A stretch of 64,000 nucleotides of DNA from Chamberlinius hualienensis (lineage: Eukaryota), in NCBI GenBank assembly GCA_054772095.1, contig BAAGAE010000033.1:4000326-4064325 (forward strand). The letters run 5' to 3'. The stretch's first letter is position 1; each line of letters begins with the position of its first letter. Below are positions 22,918 through 36,048 of this stretch, in pieces. The notes under the pieces were generated by a model, which saw nothing but the letters and a program-made list of their open reading frames with translations, ran no database searches and had not been told where the DNA came from. A program made the translations under genes and the position numbers.

Positions 22918-24721
22918 GGGTGGGGAAGGATGAGGTGGAAGGGGGGTTGTATCAAGCATCGATTTAAATGAGTGATTGATAAAATAAACGATGTTTAATT
23001 TGCGTTGGCCTTTAAAAGGCACGGCTGTTGTCGCGTTTGCTATTTTTGCTTTGTTTGCTGCTGATGGGGCATTTTGTATTCATGTCCATCGAATCGATCG
23101 AGGCTTTTGACCATCGGTCCACTGCCAATGTACCAGGTGGCTGTTTTTATTATTATTATTCGATGTTGTCACTGCTACAGTCGATGGACTTCAACAACAA
23201 TCGCAATTCCATATTTCAGTCGTCTCTTCGTGTGCCGGAACTGTATACACACATTTGGAGTTTACCATTGTTAAACGAAATCTCATGTCGACGAGTGGAC
23301 TGCGCATGCGTTGCGACCTTTCGTCCACTTTTCAGTCACGTTTTCATTCTTGTACTTAATCAAGCAAAGGAAGAAAAAAAAAGAAATCGAAATTGCTGGG
23401 AGAGGAGGGCGAAACAAAAAAAAAATACTTTCCACTCGTCGTTGTGCATGCGCATTACGGGCGTATAATCCTCTATTCGTCGCCACCAGACGACGCTGCG
23501 TTTAGTTCTTTATTTTTTACAGGAAGTAAACACAACGCTTTGTTTTCATTTTGTTATCCTCCCACTTTCAACGCTTTTGCTCTCCTGCTCTTTATTTTTT
23601 TACACTTAATTAGCGTCCTGCTCGATGTTTTTCCAATTGGTTTCATGCTTTGTTTATCATTTCCGCCATGCGGCGCTGCTGATGAGACAAGTCTATATCC
23701 TTTTCTTTCTATATACCAGCTTATTACTTTACATCACGGCGGTACAAGTGCTTCTTAAGTTTCAGTCTAATGCAAACTGTTATATGATCGTCATTTGTTA
23801 TACTTTGCAAAGTATTGAGACTTTGCGAGTGGATCGAATTTATTTTATCAAGTGCACTGTAGTTGTAAACAGAAACTAGAAAATGTTGACTTCGCACAGT
23901 AACAAGAAGTTGTTAAGCTGCAGCTACACATTTCCGCTTTTATATATTCTCTCTTTTTTTTTTTTTTTAAATTGATGTAAGTTTAATCCAAATACCACAA
24001 TGTTGCAAATTTAAATTAGATAGGCGTTCAGAACTTATTTGTAATTCTCTTAAATTATTTCGAGAGGTTGATTAACATTTTGGTTTAATGACTGTTGCGG
24101 TTAATGATAAAAAGTTGATTGCCTAAATTCTTTCGGAAATTCGCGGGGCTTACTAAATGGCGTAAGATGTGATTACTAATAATAACTTCCTGTACGTAGT
24201 GGATTAACTCGGTAACTCTATTAACTTGTTTTCAAACTCTTTTACACACTACGTTTTTCAGTCGTTACCGAGTAATCTACACTCTGCGCTACTTAGTAAA
24301 TTCAACCAAGGTCTACGAAAAGAGAAATTTACTCACAAGAGTGGGTGTGTGGAATGTACGATTGTGAAAAATAGAGGAATCAGGTTGCGATTATGCGTGG
24401 CGAAGAGTGGCTATCCAGACGCACATTGGCTTTAAGCGTTACCGCAATTACGCAAGCAGTGTGAATGTGTCCTTTTGTCACGAAATAGACCATATCTGAC
24501 AATATTGAACATATAAATATCTCAAAAAGTTATTTTAATTAATCTTTGTCTTTATTTTAAATCTTCGTAATTGCGGTTTTGAACATTGAATATCATTCAA
24601 ATTTTAACTTATGAATTTGTTTTTTAAATTCCACATATATTTTCTCATTATTTGGCTAGAATACATTACTATACTCAATTGTTATTTCCTTGAGAAATCG
24701 TATTATTTTTATCTTTAGAAG

Positions 24722-25012
24722 AAACAACTAACCAAAAAGTCCATTGAAAGCCTCTTTTGAGTTAAAATTAATTATCACCTGATTAAAAATAATAGATGCC
24801 ACGCCTTTCGCTCATATTATTATATATGACAACCTAATGACGTTTATTACGTCACTGATCACGTGATGTGTTTTAAAATAAAGCTGTAGAATACGATTTG
24901 CAGAATGTCATCGCACGTGCAAGTAATTTGGTTGCTATGATAACATTTTTAAAAGTATTCTAAATGACGTCAGCGTGACAGAAATGGGCGAAGATTTACT
25001 TTAATATATACA
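24722..25012. repeat. Repeat family B copy
   Basis: aaagtccattgaaagcc...aattaattatcacctgattaaaaataat...gacaacctaatgacgtttattacgtcac...tgcacgtgcaagtaatttggttgctatg...aatgacgtcagcgtgacagaaatgggcgaagatttactttaatatata. Confidence 0.65.
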
Positions 25013-25540
25013 GTAGTATAGATGATTCTATAATTTTGTTTGTCGATTTAATTTTTGTAATCGTAACTCTTAGGTCTCGTGCCACGTCTCTCACTAAATT
25101 ACAAATTTTGGTAAATGATTTTTCTTTAGATAAATGGCAGTCATCAAGTTGTATAGGACGTGAACAATTTTTACTAGTAAATCGGTCTTTTTTTTTTCAC
25201 GACATAGACGATTATGCCACTAATAAATAGATGGAAAATGATATGAAAAAGACCTACGGGTATTTTCAAGTAAAAAAAGTGGATTTAGTTACTTTTAATA
25301 TGGAACATGCCGGCGCAGTACGTCATTATTTTTTGCTGTGTTTTTTTTTTTCTTCTTGTATTAAGACGGCATTCTTTTAATTAAATATATTTAATTAACT
25401 GTATGTTGATGTTGCAAAAACTCAAAAGGTCACATGTTTGACATATTTTCAGCGCTTGTTTACCAGAGATTTTCGTGTACGGTAGCTGTATTGTTTGAAA
25501 ATTTATCTAACTCAAGGGCGTGCCAACGTTGGTCCAGGTA

Positions 25541-25610
25541 TCGCGTGCTACACAAGGTGATTCATGACTAATTTGCCACATTTAAAGGGTTTATAGAGGT
25601 GTAATTCATA
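25541..25610. mobile_element. Fragment of family A MITE (caaggtgattcatgactaatttgccacatttaaagg)
   Basis: 5' terminal similarity only. Confidence 0.35.
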
Positions 25611-28600
25611 TACGCTCAATGACGCACAATTACGCGTGCAGTGTAAATGCGCTTTTTAGAGCGCGGAATAACGGATAAAAAGAAAATTTCTATGATATTA
25701 GTCACATGTACTTTTATTTTAAGTCATCAAAAATTGCTACTTTGAGTTTATTACAATTTCGAAAGACATAAGCAACTATTGTAAACGAAATTTTAAGATT
25801 CTCATTTGGTTTTAATGTTACGCAATTTCATACTATTTAGTTTTTTGGAGCAAGAATACATTTTCCTTGTACAGCGGAGCACCCCAAACAAAAAATACTT
25901 TTTACTCAGCGATAAATCATTCATTTTTTTAACCAGTTCAACCAATTTAAAATTATTGTTTTATGACAAATTAAAAAGCATAATTTTTATGAAATCATAA
26001 AATGGCCACATATCGAAATTAGGCAATCATAAACAGCCATCGATAATACTAGTACTAACTAAATTATACCAATAGTATCGACCCATCCAACATTTCATCC
26101 TGCTACCCCTATACCCTCACATTGAATTTAAAGCACGACATTGAGTATAAACAAGCACATTTTGCCATTTTATATGTTTTAAAACCAGTCGTCTAGTTAA
26201 TTTGGTTTAAAATTCCCAGCTGTTGAATCTTCGTGTGATAAATCGTGTAGGCCTGCCACTTTGACACCGTGCTCATTCATTCGAAAATTCGAATCTTTTT
26301 TTTTTAAACTTTTACATGTCCATTTAAACCTTAACTGAATTATTATTGTTATGTTTTTTTGAAGTGTTGTTTTCGTATTCATATATATGTTAACATGATC
26401 AATACAGGTTCGGCAACTCATTTAATATATAAAAAAAAGTGCAGGTGAGCTGTTAAAATGGTTTAAAGCTTACCGATCTAAACGAGCTACTGTATTTTCC
26501 GTGGTGTGATGAAACTTTGAACTTGAATAAGTAAAACTAAGAGAACCCATGAGGTTTTGATTGGTGAAACGTTTTAACATGTTTAGCGCACGTTTAGGTA
26601 GTTTTTTTTTTGTCTTAAAATGAAACATCGATCCATTTCTATATAGCTGCCGCTAGATTTATCTGGTAGAATGTGTGAAGGCCACATAATATTACGTAGT
26701 TTAAGTAAAAAGATTTATTTCCAATAGCCGTCAACGGGGTTTACATACACGTACAGCCGCAAATCTACTTGTACGTGTATAATTCAATATCTTATCAAAA
26801 GTTGTAGAATGCCGCATAACGCATTGTTTAAAAATTCCGATAGCGACTTGCAGTACATTTTCGGCGTTTTTACACCATCTGGTGACATCGACTGTGTAGT
26901 TAAACAACTGCAAACGACTTAATAATTTGTATTATTGAATCGTTTACTCGGTTAAATTAAATTTAAAGGTATTAAACACGGCATCGTTATAGCGAATGTT
27001 GTGTGCGAGTGAAACTAAACATACCACTTGCTGTAAATGATCGTTTTGTTTAAATTCGATTTTAGTTTTTCTACGACTTCGGCAGATATTTTTAGATTTA
27101 AGCCGTTTTTCTTGGTTGTTTATGCGGCGTTTTTTCTGTCAATTTCGATATGTTCACCTAGATTAATTCATTTATCATCTTAGAAAATAGGGGTTAATCT
27201 AGCAATATATCTATAAAATAATAACTCACCAAAAGAAACAGACATAATTTATATCAAAATATATTAAATTTATGAATTAGATGGTTATTATAACACAAAT
27301 GAGACTAGTGATGGTTTCGCAAGTTTTTACATTATTTTTTTATGATACCGGTACTAAACAGAAAATATATGTAAATAGGAAGGTTGATGTTGGAGAAGTG
27401 GTATTAGTCAGGTCAGGTGAAAAACATGTGTGTTTGAACTTAATGCGATAAATTACATAGCATTGTTAAAAGTTGAAAACCATCACTAGTCTCATTTGTG
27501 TTATAATAAACATTTAATTCACCAATCATGTCTATTTCTTCTGGTGAGTTATTATTATTATTATGTAGAGAGCGTGTTTATTATATAATGACGACCCCAG
27601 TGTTATTATTATATGGGAGTTAATATACAGTAAATCGTATAATGTGTGATATTGTTCTTGATGATCTCGATTATCAAGTTGAGTAAATTTCCATTTCCAT
27701 CAATTTTAAGTGGTAAACAAAAAGTACGACTACATTTTTTCATAACAACCACATGCATTTTTTAGTTAAATATTAGATTTTAGACGTTGCAATTATGTTT
27801 TTTATTTAGTTTTCGATAGCGATACTATCGTTTTGAACCCAATCAAAATTTTGGTGCTATACATGTACTTGGAGGAAGAATTTCAGTTGTCAAAGAGTCT
27901 ATGTAAGCGCATGTTATCTCAATGACATTGCTTCAACATGCGTTTCCATAGACACTCTTTCAAATCCGTAATACCGGATCCGAGTATGCCGTAGTAGTTA
28001 TTGTTGTTTTCTTATTTACTTTGAGATGACAGTTTCATAAAATGAGGTCACTATTAATAAAATGTTTTATACTGCGATAAAAAAAAGAACAACAAATTGT
28101 CTGAAAAGTAATTTCTGATTTACAACAATAATTGAAACAATAAAAATAACAAAAAAATTGTTGTATTTTTACTTTGTTATTAAAATCGTAAAACCGCGTA
28201 TGATTATTATCTACAAACATACGGTGTATTTACTGGGACACCCTGCATATTAACAGTTAATCCACGCTTGGTATAAACACTTATTACTTCAGTTAATGTA
28301 GATTAAATACGAGACACCGGTTTAGTCCGTTTCAGTTGCAAGTTAGCATCTTTTATGGTTTCATTTTTCTACTGTATGTGACTGCAATATCAAGCGCGCT
28401 AGCTGCTGAAATCGAATTAGTTTAAAGCCTTAAAACTGTAAGCATTTTGTTAATAGCGTTGATATCATGTTGCTTAACTTTCAATAATAATTATTTTTTA
28501 TTAGACGCTTCGTAAATTTCTTAGATTACATTAGTTTGTTTGGTTACACGTTTTGGAAGCTTTATAGGCAGTAAGTGGTAAAGAAATTAAAAAACATGGG

Positions 28601-29680
28601 CTAAGAATATGTAATTATGACAGCCTTGGCCACAAAGTATATAATTCTCTAACAGCAATTTACATTCCGGTGTTTGGATAATGGGTTTTTTTTTTCTTCC
28701 TTTTTTTTTTTTGAGGGAGAGAGAAAGTTGAAATGTCTTTTTTTTTTTCACTTTCTCTTATGATGTTGTAGGGTGCTTGGCTGGTTGAACGCCTTAAAGA
28801 AAAGCTCATTTGAATTTTAATGATGGCGTCAGAATAGGAAATAAAAAGTGCAACAAAATTTGCCTTCTTCAGTGTTTGTGTGGATGAGGTTTTCTAATTA
28901 TTTCAACGGTCGCTAGGTGTCTCTTTTCAGTTGCACAATGAATGAGGCAAGACGATTAAATCCTTTTATTTTTTTTTCTAACCAGATGGCGCTGCTTTGA
29001 TTGTAATAGCCGAGTCGTTTCCATAGAAATAATTTGGTGTAGGGGGAACGTTAGTGTGGGTGGCAGTGACGACATCGGGGTAGTGGGGGTGAGAAACGCA
29101 ATTTCCTAAACATTCACCTGGATATTTTAGGTTTTGTTTGATCAGATGAGATTTATCTTTTTTCCCTTTCCTTTTTTTTATTTTCTGCTGTGCCGCTGTG
29201 CGCTACATAAACGTGGGATGGAAGTTAAATCTAATTTTTGCCAAAGATGGGTGGGGGTTGATATTTAAAATAAAAGTAAAGTGAGTGTAGGAGGGGGTTT
29301 GGTATGGGAGGAGAGGGGGACGCAACGCATCTCATTGAACATATGTTTTCTTTGCGGCATTATTGTTGTTCAAGATGACAACAGCTGCTTCCACGCATGC
29401 GTCGTGTTAAATGACGAATTTCTTAAACTTACTCATAGAAAAAAAAGTAACGTGTATACTCGTGTAGTTTATACACTATATTTGTTCAATTGTAATAAGT
29501 TCATACTTACAATACAAATAGCATACGATAGATTAAATAACTTTCAGGCTTGTTATAAGCTTACGAATCCAAAGAACTGTTCAGTAATTCAATGATTCAG
29601 TTCGCTGACAAATTAGACTCAACATGTAGCTTTATCTCGTCTTTTTTTTATCGATTATTATTCCGATATTTTATATACAG

Positions 29681-29812
29681 GGTGATTCATAGCCGCACTT
29701 GACATGGTTAATGGCTATAGCGAGGTGTGCAAATAGAGAACATGTACTGTATATACAGTACAGAAATACCTCGCTTAGTCTGGCTTTAGTATAGCCCTGT
29801 AAATTTTTAAAA
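29681..29812. mobile_element. MITE-like element, family A copy (cagggtgattcatagcc...ggctttagtatagccctg; internal palindrome)
   Basis: Shares the 5' about 60 bp with the 42111 copy. CAGGG/CCCTG termini flanked by TA. Confidence 0.55.
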
Positions 29813-29882
29813 AAACTGACATTTTAATTAAGAAAAATAAATTCTAAAAAAATTGATACACAAAATTATTTTTTATATATAC

Positions 29883-30190
29883 TAGCTAAAAATTCCATTG
29901 AAAGCTCAGTTGATGTGTCTTTTGCAAAGAGTTAAAATTAATTATCACTTGCTTAAAAATAAATGTCACGCCCTTTGCTCATATCATTATACTGTATATA
30001 CAGTATGACAACCCAATGACGTTTATTACGTCACCGTTCACGTGATGTGTTTTAAAATGAAGCTGTACAAATATTTTGCAGAATGTCATCGCACGTGCAA
30101 GTTATTTGGTTGCTATGGTAACATTTTTAAGTGTTGTAAATGACGTCAGCGTGAGAGAAATGCGTCAAGATTTACTTTAATATAAATATA
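29883..30190. repeat. Repeat family B copy (immediately 3' of a family A MITE and 5' of a 22-bp tandem array)
   Basis: Roughly 85-90% identical by eye to the 24722 copy over about 290 bp. Confidence 0.65.
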
Positions 30191-30425
30191 AAAAAGATTT
30201 ACTTTAATATAAATATAAAAAAGATTTACTTTAATATATCAAAAAGATTTACCTTAATATATAAAAAAGATTTACCTTAATATATAAAAAAGATTTACCT
30301 TAATATATAAAAAAGATTTACCTTAATATATAAAAAAGATTTACCTTAATATATAAAAAAAGATTTACCTTAACATATAAAAAAGATTTACCTTAACATA
30401 TAAAAAAGATTTACCTTAATATATA
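30165..30425. repeat. Tandem array of 22-bp unit (aaaaagatttaccttaatatat) x about 11, seeded from the 3' end of the family B repeat
   Basis: Direct reading. The unit equals the terminal motif gaagatttactttaatata of family B. Confidence 0.85.
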
Positions 30426-33400
30426 AAACAATAATAAAAAATATAATACAAGTTATAGTATAGATTGCGTATGATCGACCCTTTTTTCTTCTTTATACAG
30501 TTAAGTATCAAGATACTATACATACTCTTTGCCACCAAGTAAAGCTAATGAGAGGGTATAATGGAAGAATATCCTTAGGCAAGTCTCAATGGTGTAAAAT
30601 CGCATGACAAATTAAAAACAGGAATCTTAAAATTTCATTTGTCATTGTTACTCATTGAAACTCAGATTAACAAATTTTGACGACTTAATTATAAACTTAA
30701 TTTTTTTTTGTTCGTTATACCGCGTCTTTGCTATCACGTGACGAAAACCGACATTTACATCTAACGTGATTGAGTAAAGAGGCATTTTCGTAGACTCGCA
30801 TTATCCTTACTTAACGGCAAGGGGTATAGAAACTCGCGCGTCACCTGCGAGTGAGTGGCTTTGGATTGATTCCTATTAGAAACGTCGTGTTTATTGATAC
30901 TGGACTTCTAAGTTAGATTCCTCTTAAATTTATCAACTTAATCGTGTATCACCCTGTATACGGATAACGGATTTTTTTTGTTTTAAATATATATATACGG
31001 CAGCGTAATATTTCATATACTGTATAAATATAAAAATTTCATCGTCTTATTACTTTGGAACAAAGTCAGGCGGTCACCAATTTCAGCCAATCTAAAATTG
31101 TAGGTCACAGCAGAAGAAGAGTAATTTTCTTTTACCCTATCTTCTGGTCAATTCCTAAGAGATGGTCATTTGTTAGCTACAGATAAGAATTATTTTTCAC
31201 CCGTATATTACAAGCTGAAACTTTTAGGTGAATATTTTTTTCTTTCGACATTCTCTTCTGCCTAAATACAATTTTTAAATGAAATTTTGCTTTCAATAAA
31301 TTATGATTTTTTCTATTGCCTGTTTCGGGAGAATGATTTTAATGCGTTTCCATTTGCTTCATTTAAATTTAACTCACAACTATCTTTTTTTCGAAATGCA
31401 AATAAATGAAGTAAATTTGCCTTTTGCAATCACCCCAAACTATTACTACTACAACAACTGCACCCACCGCTTTTAGAATAAATCGATACATTGCTGTGCT
31501 GGCATTTAAGAGTATCGTAATCTCCAGTTTCTAATTAAGATCACTAATCTAGATCGCATTTGTAATTATCATCAACTGATTTACTGCATATTTTTAAACT
31601 ATTTGTGGGGATTTAATGGAATAATTGGCAGTGCTTTTTTCCCCTCTTTCCTTTGCCCGAGTATTTGAATTTTTAATGATTTCGACTTACTTTAATGATT
31701 TTGCACGCTTGTAATTATTTACAACTTCCTTTTAATGTTTTATCTAATTATCTACTGGCTTTTATACGCGTTTTAGTTCATTTTATTTTACATATGTTTG
31801 ATGATTTATCACGTTTCTCCCAAATTTGGGATGATTTACTATGTTAACATCATTTTTCATCATGTTTAATGTTCACAATATGTTGAATCATTTTCGCAAT
31901 GTTATGCGTAAACACTTAATGATTTAAGGTCTTTTTGTTTTATATGAATATTTTATTTTTATACCAAATAGAAAAAGAAAAAAAAAATGTTATTTTATTA
32001 TTGTCAACATTTTACACTTTGTTTATGTTCCACAATCCAGCTAAAAGTTTGCCTGTCGATTTTGAAAGCATTTCATTGTTACTGTCAAGAGAATAGCGTA
32101 ATTAAGATTCATTTTTAATTTTTCATAATGCGGATTTTTTTCTATGTATTGCATCAGTCGCTGTCATTTTGACAATAAGCCATAAAGGATTATTGTGATT
32201 ATCCTTTGATTAAAGTTTCAATTTGATCTCATTGAAAAAGAGAGGAAGAAGAGGAAAAAAGGCGTTTGAATGGCAAAGCATGACTGCAGCGGAGCTATGA
32301 CTGATTGCTTGCGCTTTAGGGGCAGCTAATGTTAAGCGAATGAGGGCGTGGCTTTACGCTCTTTTCTCCAACATTCTCTTTACATTTTTTCAAAGAAAGA
32401 AATAGAAAGCTGTAGGGAAGAATTGGGATAGAATTAATGGGTGAGTATGAGGGTGGTGTTTACTGTGACGGAGTGGTTTCATCGACTGATCAAAAGTTGT
32501 TTTGTCACAAAAATAAAATGCTTTTTTGGTGGTTAACCATTTCACCTTCTCCCACAACTCAACCGCACACACACACGCACTCTCCCGATGTATAGCTTTT
32601 TATTTATCTTCTTTTACTCCTTTTCTATTTCAAGTAATTTTTTTTTAGCTTTTTTTTTCAAAACTGGAAAGGTTGTTGTTATTTGCAATTGTTGAGAAAA
32701 ATATACGTTGCGAAGCCTGTGATGTATTGTGTTTGTTAGTGACGGATAAAATAAAATGTTATGGGGAGGAAGAGAAAATAAGGAGTTTTGAGTGGGCGAG
32801 TGAAGGGGTAGAGGTGGATTTCATTTGTTGATTTTATTGAGTGTATGTGTGTTAACGTACAGGGTGTGTTTTTTTATAATGTTTCATTTTGTATTACTTT
32901 TGCTAAAAACTAATACCCATTGTTTATCTTCATCTTGAGAAGCATAACAAAATGGCTGGTAGAAGTTTTTTTTTTGTGTACTTCTTCATTTTCTCAATAC
33001 TTATTTGAAGAGGGAATTGTAAGAAGCTCAATGTCATTTAATAACAATGAGTAGGTTTCTTTTGAGTATGTAATTTTGACTTTGTTTAATTCGATTTTCA
33101 GACTCCATTTTTCTTACTATTTGCTCCAACAACAAAAAAATTCTTTACTTTTTTGTATTTGAGGAGCCTACAGCGAATGAGTTGTCGTTCCTAATTCTCC
33201 TTACGCCTCCCAACACCTACTTGAAATCAAATTGACCACCCATTACGTTTCCCCCTCAAGTCCGCACGCACAATTGTTATGATGATGGTCATGGCAATTT
33301 TATACAAGATGGCGACTATAGGATGTGCTTGGGGTTGAAGTTGAGGAGTTATGAGGAGAGTGGGGTTTCTGCGCGTGGGTGGAAGTTAATTAAAGCACAC

Positions 33401-34065
33401 GCAAACCCTTTCTTTTGCTTTCTCATCTTCTTATTTGAAGTGAGTGAGAAATAATTGAGTGCGAAATTATTTTTTTTTCTATCCTGGCTCACCCACCCAT
33501 CTTCATCGAATATATATATATTTACCTACTTCCTGCTGTTATTATCATCCCTTCAGTTAAAGTGCAGGAACTTGTATATCGAGGTTATTGATGACTACAT
33601 GTCGACCAATCGGATGTTTTCGGTGATTTGATGGACACGTCCATTCGTCACTTGATTTTGTCACATCGCAAAGGGCATTTACAATGGCGATTAAACCAGT
33701 GACATACTTTGCTTTTAATGCCCATCTAAGCGGAGAACGGTAGCATATTGTTGACGGTAAATAATTTCATTAATTATCATGAAGTGCTGTATGTTAAAAT
33801 GAAATGTCAAAGACATATGTTACTAATGCATCACAATTTTCGATGGCCACCAGCCAAAATGACCATTTGTAACTATTTCAGTTGTTACTCACGGCTAATA
33901 CTAATCACGTCTTTTCAGGTTTTAAAATAATTACGCAGCTGCTATTTATATATTATAAAATATATACAGTTACGGAAAACTCTTGTTTGACTGTTAAATT
34001 ACAAGTTTTATTGTGTGTTTGGGTTGACATAATATTTTTTATAGCAAACAGCCATGTTATGAGGC

Positions 34066-34085
34066 GGGGGGAGGGGGGGGGGGGG
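34066..34085. repeat. G-rich tract (GGGGGGAGGGGGGGGGGGGG)
   Basis: Direct reading. Candidate G-quadruplex sequence. Confidence 0.85.
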
Positions 34086-35399
34086 CTAGGAAAAAAGAAA
34101 TAAAAAAAACAGTAACTGTAACAACCTCTGACTTTGTAAACTAATCCCTAGATATTTACATGATACGTCTTATGTGTGAAGGAAATGCTTCAAACGTTTT
34201 CTGCAACTTTGATACGTGATAACTTGTAACAAATTAGGATGTCGTAATCTTCTGTTCTTTAACCCCCTCCCACACACTTCTCAGTTCCATCGAAGGATTA
34301 AAAGTATCGCGAGGAAATTAATTCGCTTAATTTAAAAAAGTAAACATAAATTTGAACATCGAATGTCGTTTTAAAAATGCTCGCGTGGCCAACTAAAAAT
34401 AACGGCGTCATCAAATGGCACTAAAAGTCTCAACCCACTCGCTTCGTATGCTTCAATTTTTTTTTTATAATACATTTTACCATTTTTATTTCCAAAGGCA
34501 TATTTTATTTTTTTTTCCTTTCGACATTTCGATTTTGCTGCATATCAAGTTAGGTGATGTCTTTTTTTTTTATTTCTCCCATCTCTCGTATCTAAAGGGA
34601 AACGGTATTTTTCACTGCGACGGTGACCCAGAGGCGAAACCCAGCTGTGAGTGGCGATATATAATGACCACAAAAGTAGGAATGGCAAAGGATTACTGTA
34701 TGTACAAAGTTTATTACTGCTCAGCCGATATCACTATAAATGGGATTATTTGGCTGAGAGCTGTATTTCATTCTGTGAAATGTTTAGTGATAGTGCGTTG
34801 CGTTTGTGTCAGTTTTGGAAACGTATTGTCTGCTATTATTGTAGATTTAACTTCGACTTGACTTGCGTAAAAAGGAAAATTGGTTGCCGCGTTCTTAAAA
34901 CTTTTTTTTCTTTCTCTCTTATGCGAAATTGTTTGAATAACTTGCGTATTTTTTTGCTTTTGAGGTGGTTTTGATTGAAGAGAATATCGATCTATTATTA
35001 TTCAAAGAGAGATCAATCACCATCTTACAACCCTTTATGATATTTTCACTGGGTTGATAGAGTGTGCCATGGTTGTGGGAGGATGATGAGGAGGGGTGCT
35101 GCTCAAAGTGTTGACGTGAAAAATATCATGCGGAAATAATGAACCACTTTTATGAACAACAAGCAATTTTTTTTAAAGAAGATGGCAGAGTTTTGGCGAC
35201 TGTTACTCAACCTTGCGTCTCGAGAGTTTTTGAAATAGTTTGAGTGGGTGGGTGTTATGCTTGTTCCCCTTTAAACGTCATTTGCTATTTCTTTTTTGAC
35301 TTAATTTTCGGTTTCTAACCGTCATTAACGTCGCTGGATGCAATTTAATTCCGTCAGCCATCTTGAAATAACGGAAGCTTTCAAGCAAATCGAATTTAC

Positions 35400-35560
35400 T
35401 TTTTCCTTTTCGAAAGTGAAACTGAAGTACGGACCGCTAGGGGGAGCCCCCGAGCCATTACTGATATTAAGGACAGCTCGTTATTTCATTTGGTGACGTC
35501 AGCGGTCAACCATATCCGCCTCATTTTAACTTAGCAACCGGAAATAGATAGATAGAGGGA
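35400..35560. promoter_or_regulatory. Promoter-like GC-richer block (gggggagccccc near-palindrome, CRE ggtgacgtcagcgg, ETS aaccggaaat) adjacent to a GC-rich ORF
   Basis: Motifs read directly. Confidence 0.25.
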
Positions 35561-35598
35561 GAGAGTTAAACTTACCCACAAAAGCTGATAAGATGACA

Positions 35599-35620
35599 TA
35601 ACGTAACGTAACGTAACGAC
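35599..35620. repeat. (ACGTA/GTAAC) pentanucleotide repeat x4
   Basis: ataacgtaacgtaacgtaacgacgg. Confidence 0.75.
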
Positions 35621-35781
35621 GGTAAATTTCCAGCGGCATGTTTTTTTTTCGTACTTTCGTAACTACTTTTTTTTACTGTGGTTAATCTTTTTTTTTTTTT
35701 TTTTTTTTTGCGTTTTCCAATGTGATCACTTGATCGCGTAATTATTAGTACTAGTGAATATGTGCTTGTTACATATATCCA

Positions 35782-36048
35782 TTAGTTTCTTCCGGCGGAA
35801 GTCGAAAATGTTGAGAAGTGTGAGCGTGAGATGCTGATAATTGGCTGGTTGAATGGTGCGGGCGAAGATGATGTATTGACGGCAGCGACTTGTCTATTCT
35901 CCGTAGTTAGGGTTAGCACGCGCACAGAGTGATCGTCGGTGATGTTTGCGGCCGACATCAGATCACCAACGCGGAGATTTAAATAAACTTCTCCCGCCTC
36001 TTTGGCGTTACCCATGCCGACTAAACTTACTCCATACACTGCATTCAC
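35782..36048 (-). other. Unassigned GC-rich ORF (88 aa, MNAVYGVSLVGMGNAKEAGEVYLNLRVGDLMSAANITDDHSVRVLTLTTENRQVAAVN...). Family not recognised; possibly an exon or TE remnant.
   Basis: ORF with GC content clearly above the surrounding AT-rich DNA, next to a promoter-like cluster. No homolog recognised from memory. Confidence 0.2.

Noticed and set aside
23028-23468. 146-aa ORF with signal-peptide-like start (MSRLLFLLCLLLMG...)
   Set aside because: The tracker start is a non-ATG codon, and there is no recognisable domain. It is kept only as part of the GC-richer promoter-like island noted in the findings.
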